NCBI GenBank assembly: GCA_965228875.1
Contig: OZ245843.1
Location: forward strand, 372,001-436,000
Source of the DNA: Thalassobaculaceae bacterium
GTDB lineage: Bacteria > Pseudomonadota > Alphaproteobacteria > Thalassobaculales > Thalassobaculaceae
Reading direction: 5' to 3'
Length of the DNA: 64,000 bases
Shown: one piece after another, positions 36,837 to 46,405 of the stretch
Layout of the letters: each line of letters begins with the position of its first letter
How positions within the stretch are numbered: position 1 is the stretch's first letter
Translations under genes and position numbers: made by a program
The notes under the pieces: generated by a model
Databases searched by the model: none
Seen by the model: only the letters and a program-made list of their open reading frames with translations
Told to the model about the DNA's origin: nothing

Positions 36837-38132
36837 TCAGCCCTGGTCGTAGTTCGGCGTGTCCGCGTAGCTCTCCAGACCGCACTCGTCGCCGGCCGAG
36901 GACCGGATCGCCTCCGGATCGGACCAGCTCAGGATCTTGAAGTAGTCGGTATCGTCGCGCGGCGTGTCGTTGCCCTGGGCGAGATAGATCGTCTGCTGCA
37001 CCTGGTGGGAGTTCGGGTCGATCACCGCGTCGAAGTGCTGCATGCGGTCTTCCGCGGTCATCACCCGGCCTTCCAGGGCCTTGATGATCTTGATGTTGTC
37101 GGTCGAGCCGACTTCCCCGACCGTGCGCAGCAACTCGCGCATGGCGACGTAGCCGTTATAGGTGACGTTGCCCGGCACGCTGATCCGGGTGGTCGGATAC
37201 ATCTCCTGATACTGCTTCACGAACTCCGGAACGCCGGGCAGATCCAGGTAGTGATACCAGGTGGTGCCGAAGACCCCGAACGCGGCGTCGGCGCCGAGGC
37301 CGAAGATATCGGGCCAGTCCTGCTGGTTGTTGATCCAGGCCGGGCTGCGGTCCAGGCCCATGTCATGGACCTGCTGGCGCATGACCTTGAAGTCGTCACC
37401 GCCGACGGCCGCCGCGACCACGTCGGGCTTCGTCTGCTGGATCTTCAGCAGCACGCTCGACCAGTCGCGGGTCCCGACCGGGATCGGGATCTCGTCCATG
37501 ATGTTGGCGCCATAGTCACCGGCAACCTTCTTGGTGGCGGCGTTGGTGTTCTGGCCCCAGACGTAGTCGTTGTAGATCAGCAGCCAGTTCTTGCCGAAGG
37601 CGCTGATCGCGTTGCGGGCGGCGGCCTTGGAGAAATTCTCGCCGTTGCCGTCCCACACGAACTTCACCCGGTGGCAGTTCTTGCCGCTTTCGGTCGGCGA
37701 GCTCGAGTTGGTGTTGAAGTAGATGCAGCCGTACTTCTGCGCCACCTGGCTGATGGCGTTGGCGGTGCCGGACTGGACCGCGCCGCACAGGAAGTGGACG
37801 TTCTCGCGCGTGATCATGCGCTCGGCCACACGGGTGCCGGTCTGCGGGTTGGTCTCGGTGTCCATCCACACCGTCTCCACCTTGCGACCCAGCACGCCGC
37901 CCTTGGCGTTGAACTCGGCGACGGCCATTTCCGAGCCGCGCTTCTCCGCCTGTCCGGAGTTGGCGAACTGTCCGCTGGCGTCGTGGGTCAGACCGATCCG
38001 GATCGGCTTGTCGGACGCCGAGGCATAGACGCGGTTATGCGTCCATGGGCCGAACAGAGCGGCGCCGCCCGCCGCACCGCCCAGAAGCGAGGTCTTCAGG
38101 AAGCTGCGTCTGTTCACTGCCTTCTTGGACAT
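36837..38132 (-). CDS. LivJ/UrtA-type ABC substrate-binding protein, Tat-exported
   Basis: MSKKAVNRRSFLK Tat signal; IRIGL, NAKGGVLGRKVE, DYVWG. Confidence 0.9.
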   Translation of the reverse strand: MSKKAVNRRSFLKTSLLGGAAGGAALFGPWTHNRVYASASDKPIRIGLTHDASGQFANSGQAEKRGSEMAVAEFNAKGGVLGRKVETVWMDTETNPQTGTRVAERMITRENVHFLCGAVQSGTANAISQVAQKYGCIYFNTNSSSPTESGKNCHRVKFVWDGNGENFSKAAARNAISAFGKNWLLIYNDYVWGQNTNAATKKVAGDYGANIMDEIPIPVGTRDWSSVLLKIQQTKPDVVAAAVGGDDFKVMRQQVHDMGLDRSPAWINNQQDWPDIFGLGADAAFGVFGTTWYHYLDLPGVPEFVKQYQEMYPTTRISVPGNVTYNGYVAMRELLRTVGEVGSTDNIKIIKALEGRVMTAEDRMQHFDAVIDPNSHQVQQTIYLAQGNDTPRDDTDYFKILSWSDPEAIRSSAGDECGLESYADTPNYDQG

Positions 38133-38203
38133 GGGGTTTCCTCCTGCTCTCTGTTGTTCGCCCGGTCCCTTTGATTGGCCGGTGCGCTGGGTCTCCGTGC
38201 CCG

Positions 38204-38626
38204 TCAGGGCGCGACGGAGACGGTCTCCGGGTCCGCCGGGACCAGGATCTCCATGGCGGTGTAGTCGTCGGAATACTCGATCACCCGATGGTGGATGCCG
38301 GGCTCCTGGTACATGGCCGTCCCGGGCTCCATCAGGATCTCTCCGTGGCCCTCGAACTCGACGCGCGCCCAGCCCTGAAGCACGTAGACCATCTGGAAAT
38401 CGACCTTGTGGTAGTGCAGGTCGCCGCGTCCGGGGCAGGGCGCGTTCGGACGATGGATGTGGGCGCGGAACTTGCCGCCGGTCTTCTCGGCCATGCCGAG
38501 GTCGCGGTAGTCGAAGAAGCCCCTGAACCCCGCCTTCCACTCGGCGTCGCGTGCGTGCTGCACATGGAAGGCGCCGCGGCCGAAAGCCTTTGGCTCGAAC
38601 TCGTCCGAGCGGTCCGTCGCTGTCAT
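38204..38626 (-). CDS. Cupin domain protein
   Basis: YRDLG, LHYHKVDFQMVYVLQGW, PGIHH metal-binding motifs. Confidence 0.85.
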   Translation of the reverse strand: MTATDRSDEFEPKAFGRGAFHVQHARDAEWKAGFRGFFDYRDLGMAEKTGGKFRAHIHRPNAPCPGRGDLHYHKVDFQMVYVLQGWARVEFEGHGEILMEPGTAMYQEPGIHHRVIEYSDDYTAMEILVPADPETVSVAP

Positions 38627-38643
38627 GGCATCCTCCCCGACCC

Positions 38644-38738
38644 TGAATGTGCGTTCTGATTTTTTCATAGAAAGAAAATTCATTTAAATCGTCAAGATGG
38701 AAATTTCTCGAAATCGATATATAGTGAAAAAAAATTCA
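38644..38738. promoter_or_regulatory. AT-rich divergent promoter with three GAA-N6-TTC boxes (IolR/RpiR-type operators)
   Basis: TGAATGTGCGTTCT (38644), AGAAAGAAAATTCA (38669), TGAAAAAAAATTCA (38725). Confidence 0.6.
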
Positions 38739-38813
38739 ATTCGTTGCCCGACCGGGCGCGCGCCGGCTATTAGGCAGGGGCGGGATCGGTAGGAACGATG
38801 GAAGGCGTCTGGA

Positions 38814-39683
38814 ATGGGTGTGGACATGGCGGCGAGCCCGCAATCCTTCGACGCGCTGCGCCACGCCCTGCAGGAGCATTACGACGATCTCAGTCCCCAC
38901 CTGCAGCGCCTGGCGCGCTTCGCGCTCGACGACCCCAACGCCTTCGCCCTCGAGACCGTGACGAAGCTGGCGGAAACGGCCGAGGTCCAGCCGTCGACGC
39001 TCATCCGCTTCGCCAAGGAGTTCGGATACTCCGGCTTCTCGGACATGCAGAAGGTGTTCAAACTCCGCCTGATCGAGGGGGCCCCGGTCTACCGCGAGCG
39101 GATCTATCACCACCGCACCTCCCTCGAGGCGGCGGCGAAGGACAATCCCACGGCCATCCTTCACGAGTTCACCGACGCCTCGATCATGTGCCTGGAACGG
39201 CTGCGCGACACCGTGCAGCCGGAGACGCTGGCCAAGGCGATCGCCATGCTGGACCGGGCGGACACGATCTATGTGATCGGTCAGCGGCGGGCGTTTCCCA
39301 TCGCCGCCTACCTCGCCTACGGCCTGACCCGTCTGGAGCGGCGCTGCCAGCTGCTCGATTTCGTCGGCGGCATGGTTCCGCAGCAGATCGCGACCCTGCG
39401 CAAGAGTGACCTGCTGGTGGCGATCGCCTTCGCCGAATACACGCCGGCCGTGGTCGACGCGGTGACCGACGCCCATATCCGCGGCGTCCCGCTGCTGACG
39501 GTGACCGACGTCCCGACCAGCCCGCTCGCCCGGCACAGCGACGCCTATTTTTGCGTCGACGACGCCGATATCCACCGGTTCAGGCCGATCGCCGGATCCA
39601 TCAGCCTGATGCAGTCGATCATCATCGGCCTTAGCTACTTCCTCGACGCCGACAAGGGGGCCGAGGAAGACGGGGCCGGGTAA
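38814..39683 (+). CDS. MurR/RpiR-family transcriptional regulator (IolR-like)
   Basis: LSPHLQRLA, VQPSTLIRFAKEFGYSGFSDMQ HTH, SIS domain IYVIGQRRAFPIA, TDVPTSPLA. Confidence 0.92.
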   Translation: MGVDMAASPQSFDALRHALQEHYDDLSPHLQRLARFALDDPNAFALETVTKLAETAEVQPSTLIRFAKEFGYSGFSDMQKVFKLRLIEGAPVYRERIYHHRTSLEAAAKDNPTAILHEFTDASIMCLERLRDTVQPETLAKAIAMLDRADTIYVIGQRRAFPIAAYLAYGLTRLERRCQLLDFVGGMVPQQIATLRKSDLLVAIAFAEYTPAVVDAVTDAHIRGVPLLTVTDVPTSPLARHSDAYFCVDDADIHRFRPIAGSISLMQSIIIGLSYFLDADKGAEEDGAG

Positions 39684-39739
39684 GGGCGGCCCTTCCTGCG
39701 CGGGGCGGAGCGCGTGGAGTTCCGGTCGGGTCGTGTCTT

Positions 39740-40597
39740 CTAAGTCCGTCGGACGAGATGGTCCTCCAGGAAGGCCGCCAGGTGGCTGACTGCCGGCGAT
39801 ACCGCCGCCGGGGCGCGGTGCAGGGTGATCTGCGATGTCGGCAGCGGCGGCAGTCCGTCGGGCGCGCCCAACAGGCGCAGGTCGTGGCGGGCCGTACTGC
39901 GCTTGACCACGGTCAGGGCCATCCCGGCGGCAGCGGCGGACTCGATCGCCGAGATGCTGGTGCTTGAGTAGACGATCCGCCAGGGGATGCCGGCCTCGTC
40001 CAGCGCCGACGTGGCCCAGTTGCGGAACAGGTTGCCCCGCGACAGCAGCGCCAGCGGCACCACGTCGAAGTCCGGGAGCGGCTGGCGGGTGGCGAACGCC
40101 CAGCACGTGTCCTCGCTGCGCAGGAACCGCCCGCCCCGGTCGCCCATCGGCTGCGTCGCAAGCACCAGGTCGAACCGTTCGCCGAGATCGCCCAGCAGGT
40201 CGGCCGTCATGCCCGTCGTCACCTCCAGGACGATACGCGCGAAGCGCCGCTCGAACGCGACGAAGACCTCCGGCAGGACGTGGGTGGCGTAGTCGTCCAT
40301 CACGCCGATCCGCACAGTGCCTTCGACGTCTTCGCCGCTCATGGTCCGCACCGCCTCGTCGTGCAGGTCCACCATGCGCCGCGCGTAGCCGATGAGTTGC
40401 TCGCCCCGGCGGGTCAGTAGGACCCCCTGCGGCGTTCGCTCGAAGAGCGGCCCCCCGACCGCGTCCTCCAGCTTGCGGATCTGCATGCTCACCGCCGACT
40501 GCGACCGGTGAACCCGGTATGCGGCCGCCGTGAAGCCCCCGCTCTCGGCGACCGCGAGGAAAGACCTCAGTGTCAGGGTGTCGATATCGGTCGACAA
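39740..40597 (-). CDS. LysR-family transcriptional regulator
   Basis: C-terminal part of the track ORF 39740..42700; TTG start after GAGGAAG; LRSFLAVAESGGFTAAAYRVHRSQSAVSMQIRKLE. Confidence 0.9.
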   Translation of the reverse strand: MSTDIDTLTLRSFLAVAESGGFTAAAYRVHRSQSAVSMQIRKLEDAVGGPLFERTPQGVLLTRRGEQLIGYARRMVDLHDEAVRTMSGEDVEGTVRIGVMDDYATHVLPEVFVAFERRFARIVLEVTTGMTADLLGDLGERFDLVLATQPMGDRGGRFLRSEDTCWAFATRQPLPDFDVVPLALLSRGNLFRNWATSALDEAGIPWRIVYSSTSISAIESAAAAGMALTVVKRSTARHDLRLLGAPDGLPPLPTSQITLHRAPAAVSPAVSHLAAFLEDHLVRRT

Positions 40598-40708
40598 AGC
40601 TTCCTCATTCGAAATTCGAATGCATCCTATCAACCAAATTCGTTTTGTTGAATATCCGGGTCTGCCTACCGTTCCGCCCATCGCCACCGGAACGCAAGGA
40701 GAGAACCC

Positions 40709-42553
40709 GTGCCCGCACTGAGATCCAGGACATCGACATCGGGGCGGCGGATGGCGGCCGCCCGCAGCCTCTGGCGCGCCACGGGCATGACGGACGAAGA
40801 TTTCGGCAAGCCGATCGTGGCCGTCGTCAACTCCTACACCCAGTTCGTGCCGGGCCACGTCCACCTCAAGGAGTTGGGAGCGCTGGTCGCCGGCGAAATC
40901 TCGGCTGCGGGGGGCGTGCCGCGTGAGTTCAACACCATCGCGGTCGACGACGGCATCGCCATGGGCCACCACGGGATGCTCTACAGCCTGCCGTCGCGCG
41001 ATCTGATCGCCGACTCGATCGAGTACATGGTGAACGCCCACTGCGTCGACGCGATGGTGTGCATCTCCAACTGCGACAAGATCACGCCGGGCATGCAGAT
41101 GGCGGCGATGCGCCTGAACATCCCCACAGTGTTCGTCTCCGGCGGACCGATGGAAGCGGGGCGGGTAACTCGCGACGGCGTGACCCGCAAGAGCGACCTG
41201 ATCGACGCGATCGCCGCCAGCGCCAGTCCCGACGTCTCCGACGCCGACATGGCCGAGATCGAGCGGGCGGCCTGCCCGACCTGTGGGTCGTGCTCCGGGA
41301 TGTTCACCGCCAACTCCATGAATTGCCTGGGTGAGGTGCTTGGCTTCGCGCTGCCGGGCAATGGCTCGTTGCTGGCGACCCACGCGCTCCGCCGGGACCT
41401 GTTCCTGCAGGCCGGGAGGACAGTGGTCGACCTCGCCCGGCGCTGGTACGAGCGCGATGACGGAACCGCCCTGCCGCGCGGAATCGCCACCCGGGAGGGC
41501 TTCGAGAACGCGCTCACGCTGGATATCGCCATGGGCGGGTCGACCAACACGGTCCTGCACACCCTGGCCATGGCGGCCGAGGGGGAGGTCGACTTCACGA
41601 TGGCCGACATCGATCGGCTGTCGCGCCGGATCCCGCATCTCTGCAAGGTCGCGCCGTCGACCCAGCGCTTTCACATGGAGGATGTCCATCGCGCCGGTGG
41701 CATCGTCGCGATCCTGGGCGAACTCGGACGCCTCGGACTGCTGCATCTCGACGTCCCGACGATCCATGCCGAGACGCTGGGCGACTTCATCGAGCGGTGG
41801 GATGTCCGCGTGACCGACGACCCGAAGGTGCACGCCTTCTTCCGTGCGGCGCCGGGCGGCGTGCGCACCACCGAGGCGTTCTCGCAGGGGCGCTACCACG
41901 ATGCCCTCGATCTCGACAGGAAGGCCGGCTGCATCCGCGATCTGAATGGCGCCTACAGCCGGGACGGCGGGCTCGCGGTGCTGTTCGGCAACCTCGCGGA
42001 GGATGGCTGCATCGTGAAGTCGGCGGGCGTACCCGCCCACATGCTGACGTTCAGCGGGCCGGCGGTCGTGTTCGAGTCGCAGGAGGCCGTTACCGCGGCG
42101 ATCCTGGAGGGCCAGATAGCCGCGGGCAGCGTCATCGTCGTGCGCTACGAAGGGCCGAAGGGCGGGCCCGGGATGCAGGAGATGCTGTACCCCTCGACCT
42201 ACCTGCGCTCCGTGGGCCTGGTCGACAGTTGCGCGCTGATAACCGACGGCCGGTTCTCCGGCGGTTCCGCGGGTCTGTCGGTCGGTCACATCTCTCCCGA
42301 GGCGGTGGAGGGCGGCCTCATCGGTCTGATCGAGGACGGCGACGAGATCGTGATCGACATTCCGTCGCGCCGGATCGACCTCAGGGTCGACGCGGAGCGC
42401 CTGGCCGAGCGTCGGGCGGCGATGGAGGAGGTTCATGGCTCCGTATGGCGACCCAAGGAACGCCATCGTCCGGTGTCCGGCGCCCTGGAGCTTTACTCCC
42501 GATCCGTTGCCAGTGCCGCGCGCGGCGCGGTGCGCGATCTTTCCCAGCTTTGA
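40709..42553 (+). CDS. ilvD: Dihydroxy-acid dehydratase
   Basis: [75 protein letters not shown]. Confidence 0.93.
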   Translation: MPALRSRTSTSGRRMAAARSLWRATGMTDEDFGKPIVAVVNSYTQFVPGHVHLKELGALVAGEISAAGGVPREFNTIAVDDGIAMGHHGMLYSLPSRDLIADSIEYMVNAHCVDAMVCISNCDKITPGMQMAAMRLNIPTVFVSGGPMEAGRVTRDGVTRKSDLIDAIAASASPDVSDADMAEIERAACPTCGSCSGMFTANSMNCLGEVLGFALPGNGSLLATHALRRDLFLQAGRTVVDLARRWYERDDGTALPRGIATREGFENALTLDIAMGGSTNTVLHTLAMAAEGEVDFTMADIDRLSRRIPHLCKVAPSTQRFHMEDVHRAGGIVAILGELGRLGLLHLDVPTIHAETLGDFIERWDVRVTDDPKVHAFFRAAPGGVRTTEAFSQGRYHDALDLDRKAGCIRDLNGAYSRDGGLAVLFGNLAEDGCIVKSAGVPAHMLTFSGPAVVFESQEAVTAAILEGQIAAGSVIVVRYEGPKGGPGMQEMLYPSTYLRSVGLVDSCALITDGRFSGGSAGLSVGHISPEAVEGGLIGLIEDGDEIVIDIPSRRIDLRVDAERLAERRAAMEEVHGSVWRPKERHRPVSGALELYSRSVASAARGAVRDLSQL

Positions 42554-42560
42554 GCCACGC

Positions 42561-42604
42561 CCCGGATCGCGGTCCCGGCGCAGGGTCCGGGGCCGCGATC
42601 CGGG
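42561..42604. terminator. Hairpin immediately downstream of ilvD
   Basis: CCCGGATCGCGG...CCGCGATCCGGG inverted repeat. Confidence 0.5.
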
Positions 42605-42716
42605 CACGGATGTCTTTCCGCGATTGGCGGGATGCCGGCGCGCCGGCCGGGGCGATACTCTGCACCGTGAGGAGACCGGATCCCGCCTCCGGGCGGCCAT
42701 GGCGGAGGATACGGGA

Positions 42717-44024
42717 ATGGCGCAACGGCGGATGCATCTGGTCGCCTATCTGAAGACCGGACCGACGGCGCTGCATGTCGGCGGCTGGCGCCATCCCGAA
42801 GCGACCCTCGACGACATCCTGAAGCCCAGTCGCTACGAACACATCGCCCGGACCCTCGAGGCGGGCTGCTTCGACGGCTGCTTCTTCGCCGATCTGTTCG
42901 GCCTCTACGACATCCACGGCGGCAGCTACGATCCGTATGTGCGCCGTGGCGGACAGATCAGCTATCTGGACCCGACCGTCGTCCTGCCGGTCATGGCGGC
43001 GGCGACCACGCATCTCGGCCTGGGCGCAACCCTGTCGACCAGTTTCCATACGCCCTACCATCTCGCCCGCTGGCTCGGCTCGCTGGACGTGATGAGCGGC
43101 GGGCGCGTCGCCTGGAACGTGGTGACCTCGGCGACCGACCTGGAGGCGCGCAACGCCGGTATGGCGGAACTGCCGCCCCGCGAGGAGCGCTACGACCGCG
43201 CCGACGAGGTCCTGGAGGCCTGCTTCGCCCTCTGGAACGGCTGGGACGAGGACGCTTTCGTGCTGGACAAGGAAGCGGGCGTCTTCGCCGATCCGTCAAA
43301 GGTACGTTACGCCGACTACGACGGCCGGTGGATCCGCACGCGCGGACCACTGTCCATCCCGCGCAGTCCCCAGGGCCACCCGGTCATCATGCAGGCCGGC
43401 AGTTCCGATCGCGGCCGCGCCTTCGCCGCACGCTGGGCGGAGGTCGTGTTCACCGTCCAGCGCGGGGTCGACGAGATGCGGGCGTTCTACGAGGACCTCA
43501 AGGCCCGCATGGACCGCATCGGCCGACGGCCGGAGGACTGCGCCGTCCTGCCGGCGGTCTCGGTGGTCCTGGGTGAGACCGAGTCGATCGCGCGCGAGCG
43601 GGCCGACTATCTGGACAGCCTGATCGACCCGGAACTCGTGGTCGCATCGTCGTCGAGCAGCGTCGGCGCCGACCTCACGAAACTGAAGGACGGCGGCAGC
43701 CTGGCCGAGTTGCAGGGAAACCAGGGGATGAAAGGAACGGAACAGATCCTCGAGCAGGCGATGAAGTCGGAGGGCAAGACCCTGGCGGAAGCGGCCGTCA
43801 GCCGGCACCGGCGGCGCGAGATCGTCGGCACGCCGGCCGTCGTCGCCGACCGGCTGCAGGAGCTGTTCGAGGCGGGGGTGTGCGACGGCTTCGTTCTGGC
43901 GCCGACCATGTTTCCCGGCATGTTCGAGCAGTTCTGCCGCGCCGTCGTTCCCGAACTGCAGCGCCGTGGACTGTTCCGCACCGCCTACACCGGTCGGACC
44001 CTGCGCGAGAACCTGCGAAGCTGA
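42717..44024 (+). CDS. NtaA/DmoA/DszA-family FMNH2-dependent monooxygenase (luciferase-like)
   Basis: GGWRHP, FFAD, LDP, TTHLGL, SGGRVAWNVVTS, RYDRADE, SPQGHPVIMQAGSS, VPELQRRG. Confidence 0.92.
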   Translation: MAQRRMHLVAYLKTGPTALHVGGWRHPEATLDDILKPSRYEHIARTLEAGCFDGCFFADLFGLYDIHGGSYDPYVRRGGQISYLDPTVVLPVMAAATTHLGLGATLSTSFHTPYHLARWLGSLDVMSGGRVAWNVVTSATDLEARNAGMAELPPREERYDRADEVLEACFALWNGWDEDAFVLDKEAGVFADPSKVRYADYDGRWIRTRGPLSIPRSPQGHPVIMQAGSSDRGRAFAARWAEVVFTVQRGVDEMRAFYEDLKARMDRIGRRPEDCAVLPAVSVVLGETESIARERADYLDSLIDPELVVASSSSSVGADLTKLKDGGSLAELQGNQGMKGTEQILEQAMKSEGKTLAEAAVSRHRRREIVGTPAVVADRLQELFEAGVCDGFVLAPTMFPGMFEQFCRAVVPELQRRGLFRTAYTGRTLRENLRS

Positions 44025-44050
44025 AGCCCCGAGCTCAAGAGTCCCGACCG

Positions 44051-44845
44051 TCAACGCTCGGAGATCAGACGCTCGTAGAGATGCCAAGTGGCGTGGCCGA
44101 GGACCGGGAAGATGAAGATCACGCCGATCAGCAGTGTGGCGATAGCGATCAGCGTCAGGGCACCCACCGTCGCACCCCAGCCGAGCATCACCACGGGGCT
44201 CTTCAGCACGGTCTTCACGCTGGTGATCATGGCGGTCACGAAGTCGACGTTCTTGTCGAGCAGCAGCGGCATCGAGATGACGGTGATGGAGAACAGGACG
44301 GTCGACAGCACGGCACCGATGGCCGAGCCGATCAGCAGGAACGTTGCGCCCTCGACGGTGGTGAACAGGGCGGCGGCGAGGTTCTCCAGCGAACCGAACC
44401 CCTGATAGTGCAGGGTCAGCGCGAGGACGACGCGCACCTGATACGCCCAGATCCAGAAGACGAACAGCACGACGAACGACATCCAGCCGAACTCGCGTCG
44501 TTGCTGGTTGAAGACGACGAGGAAGATGTCGGAGGCCGAGAACGCCTGTGCCCGGCTCAAGCGGCGGGACATCTCGTAGAGGCCGGCCGCGAGGAACGGC
44601 GCCACCAGCGGAAACCCGACGCCGACCGCGATCGCGATCCAGACCTGATCGAAGACCGGGAGTGCCGTCAGCAGCGCCGCACCCAAAAGCGCATAGACCA
44701 GTCCGAAGAACAGGCTGAGCAACGGGCGGGCCATGGTGTCGCGCACGCCGGCCCGCAGCGCAGCCGTGATGTCGCTGACGTTTGCTGCCGCGATCTCCAG
44801 TTGGATCGGCGGCGTCAATCCCACCTGGCTCCGGTCCGCTTGCAT
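44051..44845 (-). CDS. DUF2189-like integral membrane protein
   Basis: LRAG, GFPLVAPFLAAGLYEMSR, SMPLLLD, PVLGHATWHLY. Confidence 0.8.
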   Translation of the reverse strand: MQADRSQVGLTPPIQLEIAAANVSDITAALRAGVRDTMARPLLSLFFGLVYALLGAALLTALPVFDQVWIAIAVGVGFPLVAPFLAAGLYEMSRRLSRAQAFSASDIFLVVFNQQRREFGWMSFVVLFVFWIWAYQVRVVLALTLHYQGFGSLENLAAALFTTVEGATFLLIGSAIGAVLSTVLFSITVISMPLLLDKNVDFVTAMITSVKTVLKSPVVMLGWGATVGALTLIAIATLLIGVIFIFPVLGHATWHLYERLISER

Positions 44846-44977
44846 GGCGCGACGTCTCTCAGGCTGATCCGACTGGCTCCCTGACCGGCCTCCCTGACCG
44901 GCCATGAGGGAATGGTAGGGCAATTCGGTCGGGCAGGCCAAGCGGCATGGCTCGCCGGTCGAGCGTCGCGTGCTTCG

Positions 44978-46405
44978 CTAGGCCACCGGTTTGACCGCCA
45001 GCCCCTGACCCGTCGGCAGTTCGAGCACTGGGACGCCGAGCCGGTCGAGTACGGCGCGGTGCGCCGCCTGGCTGTCGGCGTAGCGCTGGAAGCCGAAGTC
45101 GTCGAGCACCAGCATCCCGCCGGGCACCAGGCGCCGGACAAGAACGTCCAAACAGGCCTGCTCGGCCTCGGCGCTGTTCAGGTCCAGGTGGGCGAAGGCG
45201 ATGTGGGGCGGGCCGTCGGCGAGCATCGCATCCGGCAGACGCCCCTGGATCACGCGGGTCCAGGGTCGGTCGGCGAACAGCGCCTCCACCCGCCCCTTGA
45301 GGGCGGGGCCGTGCCTCTGCTTGCGGCTTTCCTCCGGCGGATCCTCGAACAGGTCGTAGAGCCAGTAGCGGCGGCTGAGACCGACACCGGCGGAATACCG
45401 CGAGACGATGTCGAACGTCTGACCGTCGTAGCAGCCCAGATCGACGAAATCCCCGTCGAGATCCCGGCAGGCACGGGCGGCCCAGCAGAGAGTGTGCAGT
45501 CGCCACAGCCGGGCGCGCAGCACGGTGTCGTCTCGATAGGGCGCCACCGCCGCCCGGAAGTCCGTGTCGTCGAGGAACCCGAGCCGCCGGAACCACGTGA
45601 TCATCTCGTCGCCCATGAAGGCATGGCCGCCGGGTGCGTTGGCGCGCAGCTGCATGCCGAGGGACTGGAAAGTATGGGCCAGAACGCCGAGCTGGCGGGG
45701 GTCGTCGAACGGCGCCTCCCGGTACTGCTTGTTGAGCAGGCCGAAACTGGCGACAACCGGATCGCCTGCCGGCGCTGGAAGCGGCAGGGTCGGCGTTCTC
45801 CAGGCGATGGAGAGCGCGGGATCGCGGCGCTCGGCGAGATCGCTCAGCGCCACGGCAAAGAGCATCTCTCCCGCCAGCGACCGCCACGGACGGAAGGCGG
45901 GATCGTTCAGTACCCGATCGACGGCCGCCGCGGCGCCGGCCAGCGCTTCCGCCAGGGCCAGGGACCTGCGGACGACAAGCGCCGGCGCGTTCAGGACGGC
46001 CGTTGCCGTCGGCGGAGCGAACAGAACCAGGTCGGCGCCGTCCGGTACCCGGTCCGGGTGCGCCGGCGGCGGGGCGTCGCCAAGGACCAGGGTGGGGCTG
46101 CCGTTCTCCGCGGCACGGGCGAGCAGCATCAGTCGGGCCGCCGGGTCGACGTATCGCGACGATGGAAGCGGGTGGACCGCCGCCCCTGGAAAGGCCGACC
46201 GGGCCTCGCCGGTCCGGCGGTCGGTTTCGCTCGAAGGGATGTCGCCGCCGGTGAGGAGCAGCACCCTTGGGCAACCCTCATCGATGTCTAGGGCTTGAAC
46301 CTCGGGCCGTGGCGCGTCGCCCGCCCGCAGCGCCTCGCTGTACAGGTTCTTCGCCACCCGGCGCATCTGTTCCGGTATCGAGGCGACGCCCGAAGTCCCC
46401 GTCAT
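44978..46405 (-). CDS. TylF/MycF/NovP-type sugar O-methyltransferase with a large N-terminal extension
   Basis: LDGDFVDLGCYDG, WLYDLFE, AFAHLDLN, LVPGGMLVLDDFG, LPTGQG; ATG 46405 overlaps the asnB stop. Confidence 0.82.
   Translation of the reverse strand: MTGTSGVASIPEQMRRVAKNLYSEALRAGDAPRPEVQALDIDEGCPRVLLLTGGDIPSSETDRRTGEARSAFPGAAVHPLPSSRYVDPAARLMLLARAAENGSPTLVLGDAPPPAHPDRVPDGADLVLFAPPTATAVLNAPALVVRRSLALAEALAGAAAAVDRVLNDPAFRPWRSLAGEMLFAVALSDLAERRDPALSIAWRTPTLPLPAPAGDPVVASFGLLNKQYREAPFDDPRQLGVLAHTFQSLGMQLRANAPGGHAFMGDEMITWFRRLGFLDDTDFRAAVAPYRDDTVLRARLWRLHTLCWAARACRDLDGDFVDLGCYDGQTFDIVSRYSAGVGLSRRYWLYDLFEDPPEESRKQRHGPALKGRVEALFADRPWTRVIQGRLPDAMLADGPPHIAFAHLDLNSAEAEQACLDVLVRRLVPGGMLVLDDFGFQRYADSQAAHRAVLDRLGVPVLELPTGQGLAVKPVA

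Noticed and set aside
39740..42700. Apparent 986-aa LysR fusion protein
   Set aside because: The first 700 or so residues are the antisense of ilvD; the real LysR starts at about TTG 40597 with its own RBS
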